Under the pieces are notes generated by a model. That model worked only from the letters and a program-made list of their open reading frames with translations, made no database searches and was not told the DNA's origin. Shown piece after piece: positions 36,367 to 45,050 of a stretch of DNA of 64,000 nucleotides. Source of the DNA: Spirochaetales bacterium (lineage in GTDB: Bacteria > Spirochaetota > Spirochaetia > SZUA-6 > RPPD01). The stretch is from positions 2,879 through 66,878 of the forward strand of contig JAFGGG010000003.1 in the NCBI GenBank assembly GCA_016930675.1. Reading direction: 5' to 3'. The stretch's first letter is position 1. Each line of letters opens with the position of its first letter. The position numbers and the translations under genes are program-made.

Positions 36367-38577
36367 ATGGAGTTTTTAAGCGATCTTAATGAATTTATTG
36401 AAGTACCTATACCTGACCAGGAAATTGAAAAAAACGACCAGGCTTTAAATATACTCGTAGATAACAGGACAGAACCCGATAATACCACAACAAAACCGCA
36501 TTTCAATCTGTCACGCCAGCATTTCAAGAACCTGCTTTCCGACCTTGATGCTGTTACCGCCCAATTGGACCGTATAAAACAGGCTGCAGAAAGCTATGCC
36601 AAGCAAAAAAATTCTGCCCATATCCAAACAGTAAAAAAGGCGTTGAATAAAATCCAGACCATATTCGAATACAATATCTATAGAACGGGCATGTCCGGTT
36701 CCTACTGGAGCAACCCTCTCTATGATTTCCGAGTATGGGCGGGTGAGAATATGGATCAGGGCGAGCGGATGCCCCTGGGTTACATGGATACAAAATCCGA
36801 CGGTCCGGATAAAATTTTCGTTATATTCCAGCAGCTGCAGGAAATGGACATAACCAAAACAAAGGACACCTGGGAGAGTGTATATGAGGATTTTTATGCA
36901 CTTATAACATTCGAGAAGGTTAGAATAAACTCCTATCTGCGCCGTATAGACTCTTTTGAAAAGTTCAATACGATTTTGGATCAGGGAGCAAGTTATTATG
37001 CGCTGAAATCTAAAATCTTCGACATACCGACCATGACTATGCAGGAAACAATGCTCAGCACGGCTGTCCGGTATATGTCGCTTTCAATAGAACTTTTAGA
37101 GGAAATCAAGTCCGCAGCCAAGGAGAATCTGAAAGCACTCCCCGATAAAAAGGCAGCAGAAGCCCTGGCATTTCACACGGAACAGCTGATTGATGAGGTT
37201 AACAGGCTGGCTTCCCACGGTCATTTCAACGGCATGTCGCTTCTTACCGGCAGATTCAGCAGGAATCATGAACAGGCCACGTCATCCATGTATATTTTAT
37301 TGGGAGCGGAGATGTCCGAAAGCACACGTGTATATATACCCACACTTACCGCAGTAAGTCTGGTAGTCCCCGGCAACATGGCTCAACCATGGAAATGGGA
37401 TGTCTACGAGGCTTTTACGTCAGAACAGAAAACTAATCAGTTTATTGCCGCATTGGATACCTCAATCGGGAAGATAAAACAAAGCATGCAGAATCTTGAC
37501 CAACTGGCAAAAAAACTGCCGGAGCATGATCCCTATTCCAAGCTGAGCTTCGATTCCATGTACCAGGAAAGCATGCAGTATTTTTTAAAGTCATATTCTC
37601 TTACCATTAAAAATCTTGCATACACTGCCCAACCCGAACATTCAATAAATACTCAAAGCACACTTGTCCTGTTAACGTTAAGGAATGCCCATGAACTGAT
37701 TACTGAGAAGCTGATTAACATGCGGGAACTGGCCGTACAGGCGTGTAATTCCGTGTACAATGATCAGGAGCACATGAAATTAAACGATGAATTTGCAGCT
37801 CTTATTAAAAGCATCGAGAAAATAACCGAACAAACGGTTTTTAACGGTGAAAAAATACTGCATACAGACAGTACACTCTCTTCCGACCGCAGCATCAAAC
37901 TGGATCTGGTATGTGACGAAGACGGTATTATTCAAAAGCAGCTCCTGCTTTTTCCCCTTGATCCTAAAGCATTGGAACTATCCCGCTCCAATTATTTTTT
38001 AGAGATAAATCGTGTAGATGAAGCAAACAGAGCTATTGGAATTCTGGACTGGGCACTGGCCAAAGTGAATTCCAACAAAGCAAGGATCGGCTCCTGTTTA
38101 CAAAGCGTTTTCATCGCGGAGTACAAAGATTCTCTTATGCGGGACTATATCAAGCTATTGACGAGTGCCCCCAAAAAGAATAACTCGGCGGCGACATATC
38201 TGGAATATCTTGGTAATTTGGTAGATTTTACCAAACACGTATATAAAAAAGCCGAAGAGTACGCCTGGATGGCCATGAGCGGTGTATATACCTATAACGA
38301 CAGAGAACAGATGGCGTTTTATTTCAGCAATCTATTGCATGACGTACAAACCCTTATTAAGCACGCACAAACGCTGTCAGAAGCACTGCCTCAGGATATC
38401 ACATTCAATAACCAGCAAAAAACCAAGCTTTCCGCTCTCGTAAAATATCTGGCGAAAATTGGAGCTGAAACCTCAAACTTCATGGAAGAAATCAAAAACA
38501 GCGACTTCTTACGCTCAATAGGCTCAGCCAGAAACGTGTTTGAAAAAATCACTTGGATAATATCGATTAAGGAGTGA
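36367..38577 (+). CDS. multi-module flagellin-like protein (non-canonical)
   Basis: It has an RBS GGAGG. The clearest flagellin-type stretches are MRELAVQACNSVYNDQEHMKLNDEFAALIKSIEKITEQTVFNGEKIL (ND1-like) and AIGILDWALAKVNSNKARIGSCLQSV (CD1-like). Weaker copies occur elsewhere in the protein. It lacks the canonical MIINHN-type N-terminus. Confidence 0.55.
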   Translation: MEFLSDLNEFIEVPIPDQEIEKNDQALNILVDNRTEPDNTTTKPHFNLSRQHFKNLLSDLDAVTAQLDRIKQAAESYAKQKNSAHIQTVKKALNKIQTIFEYNIYRTGMSGSYWSNPLYDFRVWAGENMDQGERMPLGYMDTKSDGPDKIFVIFQQLQEMDITKTKDTWESVYEDFYALITFEKVRINSYLRRIDSFEKFNTILDQGASYYALKSKIFDIPTMTMQETMLSTAVRYMSLSIELLEEIKSAAKENLKALPDKKAAEALAFHTEQLIDEVNRLASHGHFNGMSLLTGRFSRNHEQATSSMYILLGAEMSESTRVYIPTLTAVSLVVPGNMAQPWKWDVYEAFTSEQKTNQFIAALDTSIGKIKQSMQNLDQLAKKLPEHDPYSKLSFDSMYQESMQYFLKSYSLTIKNLAYTAQPEHSINTQSTLVLLTLRNAHELITEKLINMRELAVQACNSVYNDQEHMKLNDEFAALIKSIEKITEQTVFNGEKILHTDSTLSSDRSIKLDLVCDEDGIIQKQLLLFPLDPKALELSRSNYFLEINRVDEANRAIGILDWALAKVNSNKARIGSCLQSVFIAEYKDSLMRDYIKLLTSAPKKNNSAATYLEYLGNLVDFTKHVYKKAEEYAWMAMSGVYTYNDREQMAFYFSNLLHDVQTLIKHAQTLSEALPQDITFNNQQKTKLSALVKYLAKIGAETSNFMEEIKNSDFLRSIGSARNVFEKITWIISIKE

Positions 38578-39428
38578 GCATGCATTCAAACTCCATCGGT
38601 TTTAGGGCCGTACATGACAATCTTTCATCCATACCCTTGCCTGACTCCATAGCCGATGTTCAAAGAATGAAAGGAATACAACTGGCACTCACTGCCATTG
38701 GGCGAACCGTTACCGGTATTGAAAAGCTGCTGTACCAGAGTGTCTATGAAAACGAAGATAGACTGTTTATCACACACAGTATCAAGCGCGAGCAGAAGTG
38801 GATGAGAAAAATCCTTAAAACAGTCAAAATCAAAAACAGATACCCGCTGTTAGGTGATCGGTTTATACTAAACATGGCTAGTTCCGCAGTGTTGGAACTA
38901 TCACTTGAGAAACTTGCATGTGCTAAAATCAGCTTGAATCCAGAAAACACAAGCCTGTTTTTACTACTGGATATGTTACGCGAGTTCAAACAAAAACTGC
39001 AGTATAATGCTGAAGTTATTTACATCTCCTTAATGTTATATAAATCAGATTATGCTCTCTCCGACCAAAAATACAGCACAAATTCACAAAAGCAGCGCGG
39101 TATTGAGCGGCTTGTTTTTTATGAACTGTTCACTCTGGTCAGAAGATACTGTACACGATTAACGAGCAGCTTATTGCCGGCCGATTTAAAGAGTCTCTAT
39201 TTGAGGCTGTTTGTTTTGTTACTGAAAGCTATCAAACGCTTGCATACTGCATATCCAATTGCAATACCGTCACAAGCGCACAATGATCTGCTTTCAATTA
39301 TTGATGCGGTTCTGCGCGCAGAGTATGATCAGATAGGAACAAATACACTGTATGCGCTGCGCAGCTTAATGAATAAAATACTTAACAATCCTCACTGTCT
39401 GATTCCGGGGGCGTGCGCTTTTGGTTAG
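38574..39428 (+). CDS. hypothetical protein with flagellin-like termini
   Basis: Its ATGA start overlaps the upstream stop. The start MSMHSNSIGFRAVHDNL resembles a flagellin D0 start, and the C-terminal EYDQIGTNTLYALRSLMNKI is weakly CD0/CD1-like. Confidence 0.45.
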   Translation: MSMHSNSIGFRAVHDNLSSIPLPDSIADVQRMKGIQLALTAIGRTVTGIEKLLYQSVYENEDRLFITHSIKREQKWMRKILKTVKIKNRYPLLGDRFILNMASSAVLELSLEKLACAKISLNPENTSLFLLLDMLREFKQKLQYNAEVIYISLMLYKSDYALSDQKYSTNSQKQRGIERLVFYELFTLVRRYCTRLTSSLLPADLKSLYLRLFVLLLKAIKRLHTAYPIAIPSQAHNDLLSIIDAVLRAEYDQIGTNTLYALRSLMNKILNNPHCLIPGACAFG

Positions 39429-39657
39429 GAGGCTTTTTTTTATCGGATTCGGTGTATTTACCCTTATTTGCTGCATGTTCATCTTTATATATGGCGCATA
39501 CTCAGGTCTGATTTTTCTTCCTTTAGGGCTTTCTCTCTTGATAACCGGAATTAAACTGCAATGTAGTCCCCAGGCGCGAACCAGAAAAGCACTTCTGAAA
39601 AAAATTGCCCTGCTTATGAAAGGTAAGAGTGACGCTTATATTGAGACACACAGGTAA
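39421..39657 (+). CDS. small two-TM membrane protein
   Basis: 78 aa, with a TTG start overlapping the upstream gene by 8 nt. It has two hydrophobic helices and no clear RBS. Confidence 0.35.
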   Translation: MVRRLFFIGFGVFTLICCMFIFIYGAYSGLIFLPLGLSLLITGIKLQCSPQARTRKALLKKIALLMKGKSDAYIETHR

Positions 39658-39659
39658 TT

Positions 39660-40139
39660 TTAAAATTGATAAAACAAACCCAGATCGGCCTCGATTAAAA
39701 CAACCGGCAAACTTAATAAATAAAGCCTGCCCTGGACCTGGATGCCGATCGCGTCACTCAATCTTATATTTACCCCCAGGACGGCAGGCACGTCAATCAC
39801 GGTTAAAGCCTGAGAGTATATCTGACCCAGCCAAACAGCACAGCCCAGATACGGATCGAAATTTTCCGGGCCTAAAAAATGCAGATTGAGTCCAAGCGAT
39901 TCCGCATATATAATGTCGGTAATCAGCCAAACATCAATATGCGCCACCGCCGAGAGAAAAGGGAAAAAATAATACTCAGCGTTCGCGCCGATGATAATTC
40001 CATCAAGAACACCCAGATCAGAGAAGGCCGTACCCGCATGCCCGCCCACAATAATAGGCCGGCCTATGCTCTGCTGGGCAAAACCCGCGGCGTTAAGCAT
40101 AAAAACAAGACACATTACCGCCAACACTTTCTTATCCAT
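39660..40139 (-). CDS. small outer-membrane beta-barrel protein
   Basis: It has a signal peptide (VLAVMCLVFMLNAAGFAQQ), alternating hydrophobic strands and a C-terminal ..LFYQF. I set the start to the second ATG, behind the RBS GGGGAGG. Confidence 0.6.
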   Translation of the reverse strand: MDKKVLAVMCLVFMLNAAGFAQQSIGRPIIVGGHAGTAFSDLGVLDGIIIGANAEYYFFPFLSAVAHIDVWLITDIIYAESLGLNLHFLGPENFDPYLGCAVWLGQIYSQALTVIDVPAVLGVNIRLSDAIGIQVQGRLYLLSLPVVLIEADLGLFYQF

Positions 40140-40290
40140 ATATAACCTCCCCATATGTTATATCTGTATATAACTATAACACATATTACCAATAATTCAG
40201 ACGGGATATTATGACAGACAGTACCAAATAATGATCATTCATAACAGTAACGGGCGGGAAGATGCTACAGGAGGGAATATGTTATTTTTC

Positions 40291-40319
40291 TTGACTACCC
40301 TACCTGGGTATAGTATATT
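40291..40319 (+). promoter_or_regulatory. promoter with CsoR-type operator
   Basis: The elements are TTGACT (40291-40296), a 17-nt spacer, and TATATT (40314-40319). The spacer contains the pseudo-palindrome TACCCTACCTGGGTA, of the known CsoR operator type TACCC..GGGTA. Confidence 0.55.
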
Positions 40320-40350
40320 ATATGAAGAACAATAAAGGAGTTTGTAAGTT

Positions 40351-40635
40351 ATGATGAACCAGAGTCAAAAACAAGAGGTGCTGGAAAGACTTAAAAAAAT
40401 AGCCGGCCAAATCGGGGGGATACAAAAAATGGTGTCCGAAAACAGGTACTGCATAGACATTCTCACCCAGACCAGAGCCAGCGCGGCCGCCATTAACAAA
40501 GTTGAAGATCTGATTATGTATCAGCATCTGCACACCTGTGTGGCGGAGAGCATGAAAAGCGATGACCCCGAAGACAAAAACCAGAAGATATCCGAAATTA
40601 TAGGTATTTTCTCCAAGTTCAGAAAGGCGGGGTAA
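40351..40635 (+). CDS. csoR: CsoR/RcnR family metal-sensing repressor
   Basis: It has LERLKKIAGQIGGIQKMVSENRYCIDILTQ and HLHTC, giving the C-H-C ligand pattern. Confidence 0.88.
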   Translation: MMNQSQKQEVLERLKKIAGQIGGIQKMVSENRYCIDILTQTRASAAAINKVEDLIMYQHLHTCVAESMKSDDPEDKNQKISEIIGIFSKFRKAG

Positions 40636-40701
40636 ATATCACCCGCATACAAAAAAGAGAAGGGTGGAGGGTCGGAAATAAAAAATTTGCGGAGGTAAAA
40701 A

Positions 40702-41370
40702 ATGAAAAAAACATTATGTAATATGTTTGCTTTGAGTATGTTTATCATGTTCGTTGCCATGCCGCTTGCGGCGCATGACGGCGAAACAGATAAAAGCATA
40801 GAAGACCTTATGGCATCAATCCGCGAGGAGCAGGGTGTAAGCGAGAACCAGGCAATAGATCCTGATAAAGTAAATGAAGACCTGCTGGAAGAACTGGGCG
40901 ATGCCGTGATGAGTCTGAATCATCCGGATGAAAGAGAGCACGAGTGGATGGACGAGATGATGGGAGGAGAAGACTCCGAAAGCCTGCGCGCCATGCATAG
41001 AGCAATGGGCTACAGGTATCTGAAAAGCGGAGATCGTTACGGCACCCCGTTTCGCAGGCCTGGCATGAGAGGTCCCGGATTCTATGGCCCGGGCATGATG
41101 AGAGGATGGGGCAGGCCTATGATGAATTATAATGGCGACCATCCGCATTGGGGGAGAATGGGCAGGGGCCCATTCGCTTTCATGCCTTGGGGAGGAGTTG
41201 TCTTTTGGATAGTTGTCATTATTCTTTTCGGAGGAGTTATAACCGGAGTAGTAATAATTATAAAAAAGCAAAAATCAACCCCGGGACCGCTTGATATCTT
41301 AAAGGTAAGATTGGCAAAGGGAGAAATAACCTCACAAGAGTTTGAAAAATTAAAACAGTGTATTCAGTAG
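40702..41370 (+). CDS. Met/His/Gly-rich membrane-anchored protein with C-terminal SHOCT-like domain
   Basis: From N- to C-terminus it has a signal peptide, an acidic His/Met segment (HPDEREHEWMDEMMGG), a low-complexity GPGMMRGWGRPMM..HPHW stretch, a TM helix, and LKVRLAKGEITSQEFEKLK (SHOCT-like). Confidence 0.6.
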   Translation: MKKTLCNMFALSMFIMFVAMPLAAHDGETDKSIEDLMASIREEQGVSENQAIDPDKVNEDLLEELGDAVMSLNHPDEREHEWMDEMMGGEDSESLRAMHRAMGYRYLKSGDRYGTPFRRPGMRGPGFYGPGMMRGWGRPMMNYNGDHPHWGRMGRGPFAFMPWGGVVFWIVVIILFGGVITGVVIIIKKQKSTPGPLDILKVRLAKGEITSQEFEKLKQCIQ

Positions 41371-41379
41371 GAGGTTGGT

Positions 41380-41538
41380 ATGAAAAAATTTTTTAAGAGG
41401 ATAGGTAAAAAATTAAACGCTTACTTCGAACGTTTGGCAGAATCAAACAATAAGCTTTACGGCAATAAACGTTTGGACTGTTGTGATATGAATAACAAAC
41501 AGAGCAAAATCACGCACCAGTACACGAAGGAGGTGTAA
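41380..41538 (+). CDS. small ORF (52 aa) with a CC motif, below the ORF-track length cutoff
   Basis: An RBS GGAGG lies 6 nt upstream. It encodes MKKFFKRIGKKLNAYFERLAESNNKLYGNKRLDCCDMNNKQSKITHQYTKEV. Its stop is 1 nt before the copZ ATG. Confidence 0.35.
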   Translation: MKKFFKRIGKKLNAYFERLAESNNKLYGNKRLDCCDMNNKQSKITHQYTKEV

Positions 41539-41539
41539 T

Positions 41540-41743
41540 ATGAACAACACAATCACGCTAAAAATAAAGGGTATGGCCTGCCATTCCTGCGCGCAGAGAA
41601 TACAACAGGCGCTTATGGCGGATCAGGATGTAAAAGCCGCTGATGTAAATTTAGCAAAGAAAAAGGCAGTAATTACGACCGGCTCCAAAGATAAAGCGCA
41701 TTTCATTAAAATTATTCAAGACACAGGATATGACGCGGCCTAG
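41540..41743 (+). CDS. copZ: copper chaperone CopZ (HMA domain)
   Basis: 67 aa with GMACHSCAQRI (the MxCxxC motif). Confidence 0.88.
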   Translation: MNNTITLKIKGMACHSCAQRIQQALMADQDVKAADVNLAKKKAVITTGSKDKAHFIKIIQDTGYDAA

Positions 41744-41782
41744 CGGTTCTCAACACCTGCCGCCCTGCAGAGAGACAAGACT

Positions 41783-44047
41783 ATGAGTAAAGTGAAAACA
41801 GCGGAACAGCGAACACATACACAAAGCGAATATACCGAGTATTCGGTACAGGGCATGTCCTGCTCCTCCTGCGCCCTCACGGTTGAAAAAACATTAAAGC
41901 ATATTCCGGGTGTGACAAATGCACATGTAAGTTTTGCTGACAAAAAAGCCCGCATAACATATCTCAGAGATAAAACAGACACCAGACTTTTTAAGAAAAA
42001 AGTAAAACAGGCAGGATACAGTCTGGAAAACATCAGAGACAGGGTGCGGCAGGAAGCAGCTCATGTGCGTAAAGAAAAGGTACGCTTATTGTGGGCCTGG
42101 GCGCTGACAGTACCGCTCACCGTTAAGATGCTCGGAGAAATGTTCTTCGGTTTCTTTATCGCGAAACCACCGTTTCCGCTCATCCTTGATCTCATTATCG
42201 CTTTCCCGGTAATTTTCATCATCGGTTTTCCGGTTATCAGAGCGACCATATTTTCTTTTAGAACTGTATCTTTTAACATGGACTCGCTTATCGGAATCGG
42301 TACCATAGCCGCCTTCAGTACCGGCATCCTCAGACTTACCGGATTAGAGATTGAAAGTTTCGCGGCAGTGGGCGCCATGATAATGTCCATCAACTTCATT
42401 GGCAACTACCTGAAAGAGATGGCTACGGGCAGGGCTTCCCGGGCCATAAAACAGTTATTGGAACTGGGCGCTAAGAGCGCGCATCTTATCGTAAAAAACG
42501 GCAGCACCCGCGAGGTTCCGGTGGAGTCCTTAAAAATAGGGGACCTGGTTCTGGTTAAGCCGGGCGAGAAAATACCCGTGGACGGAGTAATAGTGGAAGG
42601 GGAAAGCTCGGTGAATGAAGCGATTGCCACGGGCGAATCCGTTCCTGTTGATAAATTCCCCGGCCATAAGGTAATCGGAGCAACGGTAAACGGGCAGGGC
42701 GCTTTAAAGGTCCGGATAGAAAAGATCGGCAAAGAGACATTTTTAGCCCAGATCATCCGGATGGTGGAGCAGGCCCAAAGCTCTAAGATTCCCATCCAAA
42801 CCTTTGTCGACAGGATTACCGCGGTTTTCGTGCCCGTTATCCTTGCTATCGCCATGGGAACTTTCGTCTTCTGGCTGGTATTTCCCGAAACAGGAAAAGC
42901 CATAATAAGCCTGTTTACGCCCATCCTGCCCTGGTTAACCTTGAAAACAAGTCTGGTTTCTCTGGCCCTGTTTGCGGCTATTGCCACCATAGTCATTGCC
43001 TGTCCCTGCGCACTGGGTTTGGCCACGCCCACTGCGCTTATGGTGGGAATGGGCAAAGGCGCGATCAATGGAATACTGATCAGGAACGGAGAAGCCATTC
43101 AGACAGCTCAGAAGATAGATACGGTAGTATTCGACAAAACCGGCACCATCACCAGCGGTAAACCCGGCGTTGTTGATTTCAAGACAAGTTATGACTCAAA
43201 ACAATTTTTACGTTTGGCCGCTTCTGTGGAATCACTTTCGGAGCACCCTTTGGCCGCGGCTGTTGTTTCCTATGCCAAACAACAGCATGTTACTCTTATA
43301 AAACCGGCAAAATTCACTTCACTTACAGGTAAAGGCATCACAGCCTCACTGAATAATAAGAAATACACGGCGGGAAGCAAAAAATATTTCACGGAGCTTG
43401 ACATCCGGGTTACTCAGTTCCAGGCTGAGATAAATACATACCAGGGAAAAGGATACACGGTAATAATCTTTGCGGAAGGCAAAAAAGCCATCGGCATCAT
43501 AGCTGTCACCGATACCATAAAACCCGATTCCAAGCAGGCTTTGGAAAAACTGCATAACCTCGGTATCCAAACGGTTATGCTGACAGGGGACAATAAAAAA
43601 TCAGCCGTCTCAATCGCCGCTAACGTCGGGATCGACAGAGTACACGCGGAACTGCTGCCGCGGGATAAGATTACCATGATTAAGAGGATGCAAAAGCGGG
43701 GCCGTACGGTGGCCATGGTGGGTGACGGCATCAACGACGCGCCCGCCTTAAAACAGGCCGATGTGGGAATCGCCATAGGCACGGGAACGGATATCGCCAT
43801 TGAAGCAGCGGATATCACTCTTGTGGGCGGAAGTCTTGAAGGAGTGGTCAGGGCGATCAAACTCTCCAAAGCCACGTTTAGAAAAATTATCCAGAACCTT
43901 TTTTGGGCTTTTTTCTATAATGTAATAGCCATTCCCCTGGCTGTACTGGGTTTACTCCATCCGGCCATAGCCGAGGCGGCCATGGCATTGAGTTCAATCA
44001 ATGTGGTGAGTAATTCACTGCGATTAAAAAGAGTCGGCATCGATTAG
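41783..44047 (+). CDS. copA: copper-translocating P1B-type ATPase
   Basis: It has an N-terminal HMA domain (GMSCSSCA), CPC in a TM helix, DKTGTIT, and GDGINDAP. Confidence 0.95.
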   Translation: MSKVKTAEQRTHTQSEYTEYSVQGMSCSSCALTVEKTLKHIPGVTNAHVSFADKKARITYLRDKTDTRLFKKKVKQAGYSLENIRDRVRQEAAHVRKEKVRLLWAWALTVPLTVKMLGEMFFGFFIAKPPFPLILDLIIAFPVIFIIGFPVIRATIFSFRTVSFNMDSLIGIGTIAAFSTGILRLTGLEIESFAAVGAMIMSINFIGNYLKEMATGRASRAIKQLLELGAKSAHLIVKNGSTREVPVESLKIGDLVLVKPGEKIPVDGVIVEGESSVNEAIATGESVPVDKFPGHKVIGATVNGQGALKVRIEKIGKETFLAQIIRMVEQAQSSKIPIQTFVDRITAVFVPVILAIAMGTFVFWLVFPETGKAIISLFTPILPWLTLKTSLVSLALFAAIATIVIACPCALGLATPTALMVGMGKGAINGILIRNGEAIQTAQKIDTVVFDKTGTITSGKPGVVDFKTSYDSKQFLRLAASVESLSEHPLAAAVVSYAKQQHVTLIKPAKFTSLTGKGITASLNNKKYTAGSKKYFTELDIRVTQFQAEINTYQGKGYTVIIFAEGKKAIGIIAVTDTIKPDSKQALEKLHNLGIQTVMLTGDNKKSAVSIAANVGIDRVHAELLPRDKITMIKRMQKRGRTVAMVGDGINDAPALKQADVGIAIGTGTDIAIEAADITLVGGSLEGVVRAIKLSKATFRKIIQNLFWAFFYNVIAIPLAVLGLLHPAIAEAAMALSSINVVSNSLRLKRVGID

Positions 44048-44099
44048 ATTGTTATTTTTTTAATAGTAATATATAGTAAAACCCTTAACATAAACCATC

Positions 44100-44798
44100 A
44101 TGACTAATACAAACGACCGCAAAAAACAGAGCTTTCTCCACGCGGCGGCAAAAGGCATGCGCGCACATATAGTACCCGGTCTGGTGCTGCAGGCAGTTGC
44201 CTTAAGCATAGCACTCGCTTATTATTTTAACAGTTTTGCAAAAAATCTTTTTGAAAATATTGCAGTATTAAAAACCGAATACGGTTTTCTTTTTTCCGCA
44301 ATCTCGACCGCGCTTTTCGGAGGATTAATTCCTTTTTTGTACCTGTTGGCAACAAAACAAATCCCTAAAAAATCGACGCACAAAGAATTATTATTTTATC
44401 TGCTGCTCTGGGCCTGGAAAGGCATGGAAGTGGACTCCTTCTACCGGCTGCAGGGAATTATCTTCGGCTATGATCCCAGTGTTGCCGTGATTGTCCAAAA
44501 GACCTTTATAGACCAGTTCGTCTATTCCCCTCTGTGGGCGGCTCCGTCTTTAACCATCGCATTTTTATGGAAGGATTGCAATTTTTCATTTGCCACACTT
44601 AAAGAAAAAATCACCAAAGATCTGTTCACCTTTAAAATTCCTTCCGTAATATTTTCCACATGGGTGGTATGGATACCCGCGGTCGCAATCATTTACTGCC
44701 TGCCCATGGCGTTACAGGTGCCTATGTTCAATCTGGTCATCTGCTTTTGGGTGCTGATATTGAATTTTATCAGCGGTCATAATAATCAAGCCGCATAA
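44100..44798 (+). CDS. polytopic membrane protein, function unknown
   Basis: It has about 6 hydrophobic helices. No family was recognised. Confidence 0.5.
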   Translation: MTNTNDRKKQSFLHAAAKGMRAHIVPGLVLQAVALSIALAYYFNSFAKNLFENIAVLKTEYGFLFSAISTALFGGLIPFLYLLATKQIPKKSTHKELLFYLLLWAWKGMEVDSFYRLQGIIFGYDPSVAVIVQKTFIDQFVYSPLWAAPSLTIAFLWKDCNFSFATLKEKITKDLFTFKIPSVIFSTWVVWIPAVAIIYCLPMALQVPMFNLVICFWVLILNFISGHNNQAA

Positions 44799-44834
44799 AA
44801 AAAGAGGCTGCACGATAAAGCACAACCTCTTGCT

Positions 44835-44918
44835 TGCCCGGAACTGGACTCGAACCAGCACAGGGTTGCCCCCACTAGACCCTGAACCTAGCGTGTCTAC
44901 CAATTTCACCATCCGGGC
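44835..44918 (-). tRNA. tRNA-Leu (anticodon CAG)
   Basis: The reverse complement GCCCGGATGGTGAAATTGGTAGACACGCTAGGTTCAGGGTCTAGTGGGGGCAACCCTGTGCTGGTTCGAGTCCAGTTCCGGGCA has a long variable arm and an anticodon loop TTCAGGG. Confidence 0.88.
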
Positions 44919-44995
44919 GTTCGTTACTATTAAAACACTTTTTTTAATTAAATGTCAATTCATTGCATTAATTCTCATTGTATTTACCCTTTATT

Positions 44996-45024
44996 ACAAA
45001 GGGCCGTCTTTTAAACGGCCCCTT
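44996..45024 (-). terminator. hairpin terminator downstream of the 1290-aa gene
   Basis: The minus strand reads GGGGCCGT-TTAAAAG-ACGGCCC followed by TTTGTAATAAA. Confidence 0.5.
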
Positions 45025-45050
45025 GTATTACATTCAACACGATTCCTTCA

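Noticed and set aside
40808-41271. Minus-strand ORFs 40808-41005 and 40816-41271, opposite the Met/His-rich SHOCT gene.
   Set aside because: They are antisense to a gene that has a signal peptide, a TM helix, a SHOCT tail and an operon context. Their His/Pro/Ser-rich translation mirrors the low-complexity codons of the sense strand.
42061-43875. Long antisense ORFs inside copA: 42061-42405 (114 aa), 42406-43098 (230 aa) and 43414-43875 (153 aa).
   Set aside because: These are shadow ORFs on the strand opposite a confidently identified P-type ATPase in a GC-richer segment. They have low-complexity Ala/Pro/Ser/Thr-rich translations, no RBS and no recognisable domains.
39660-44918. A tRNA-Leu-associated integrative element with att repeats.
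   Set aside because: There is no integrase or recombinase gene, and I could not find a duplicate of the tRNA-Leu 3' segment anywhere in 33-44 kb. It is kept only as a compositional observation.
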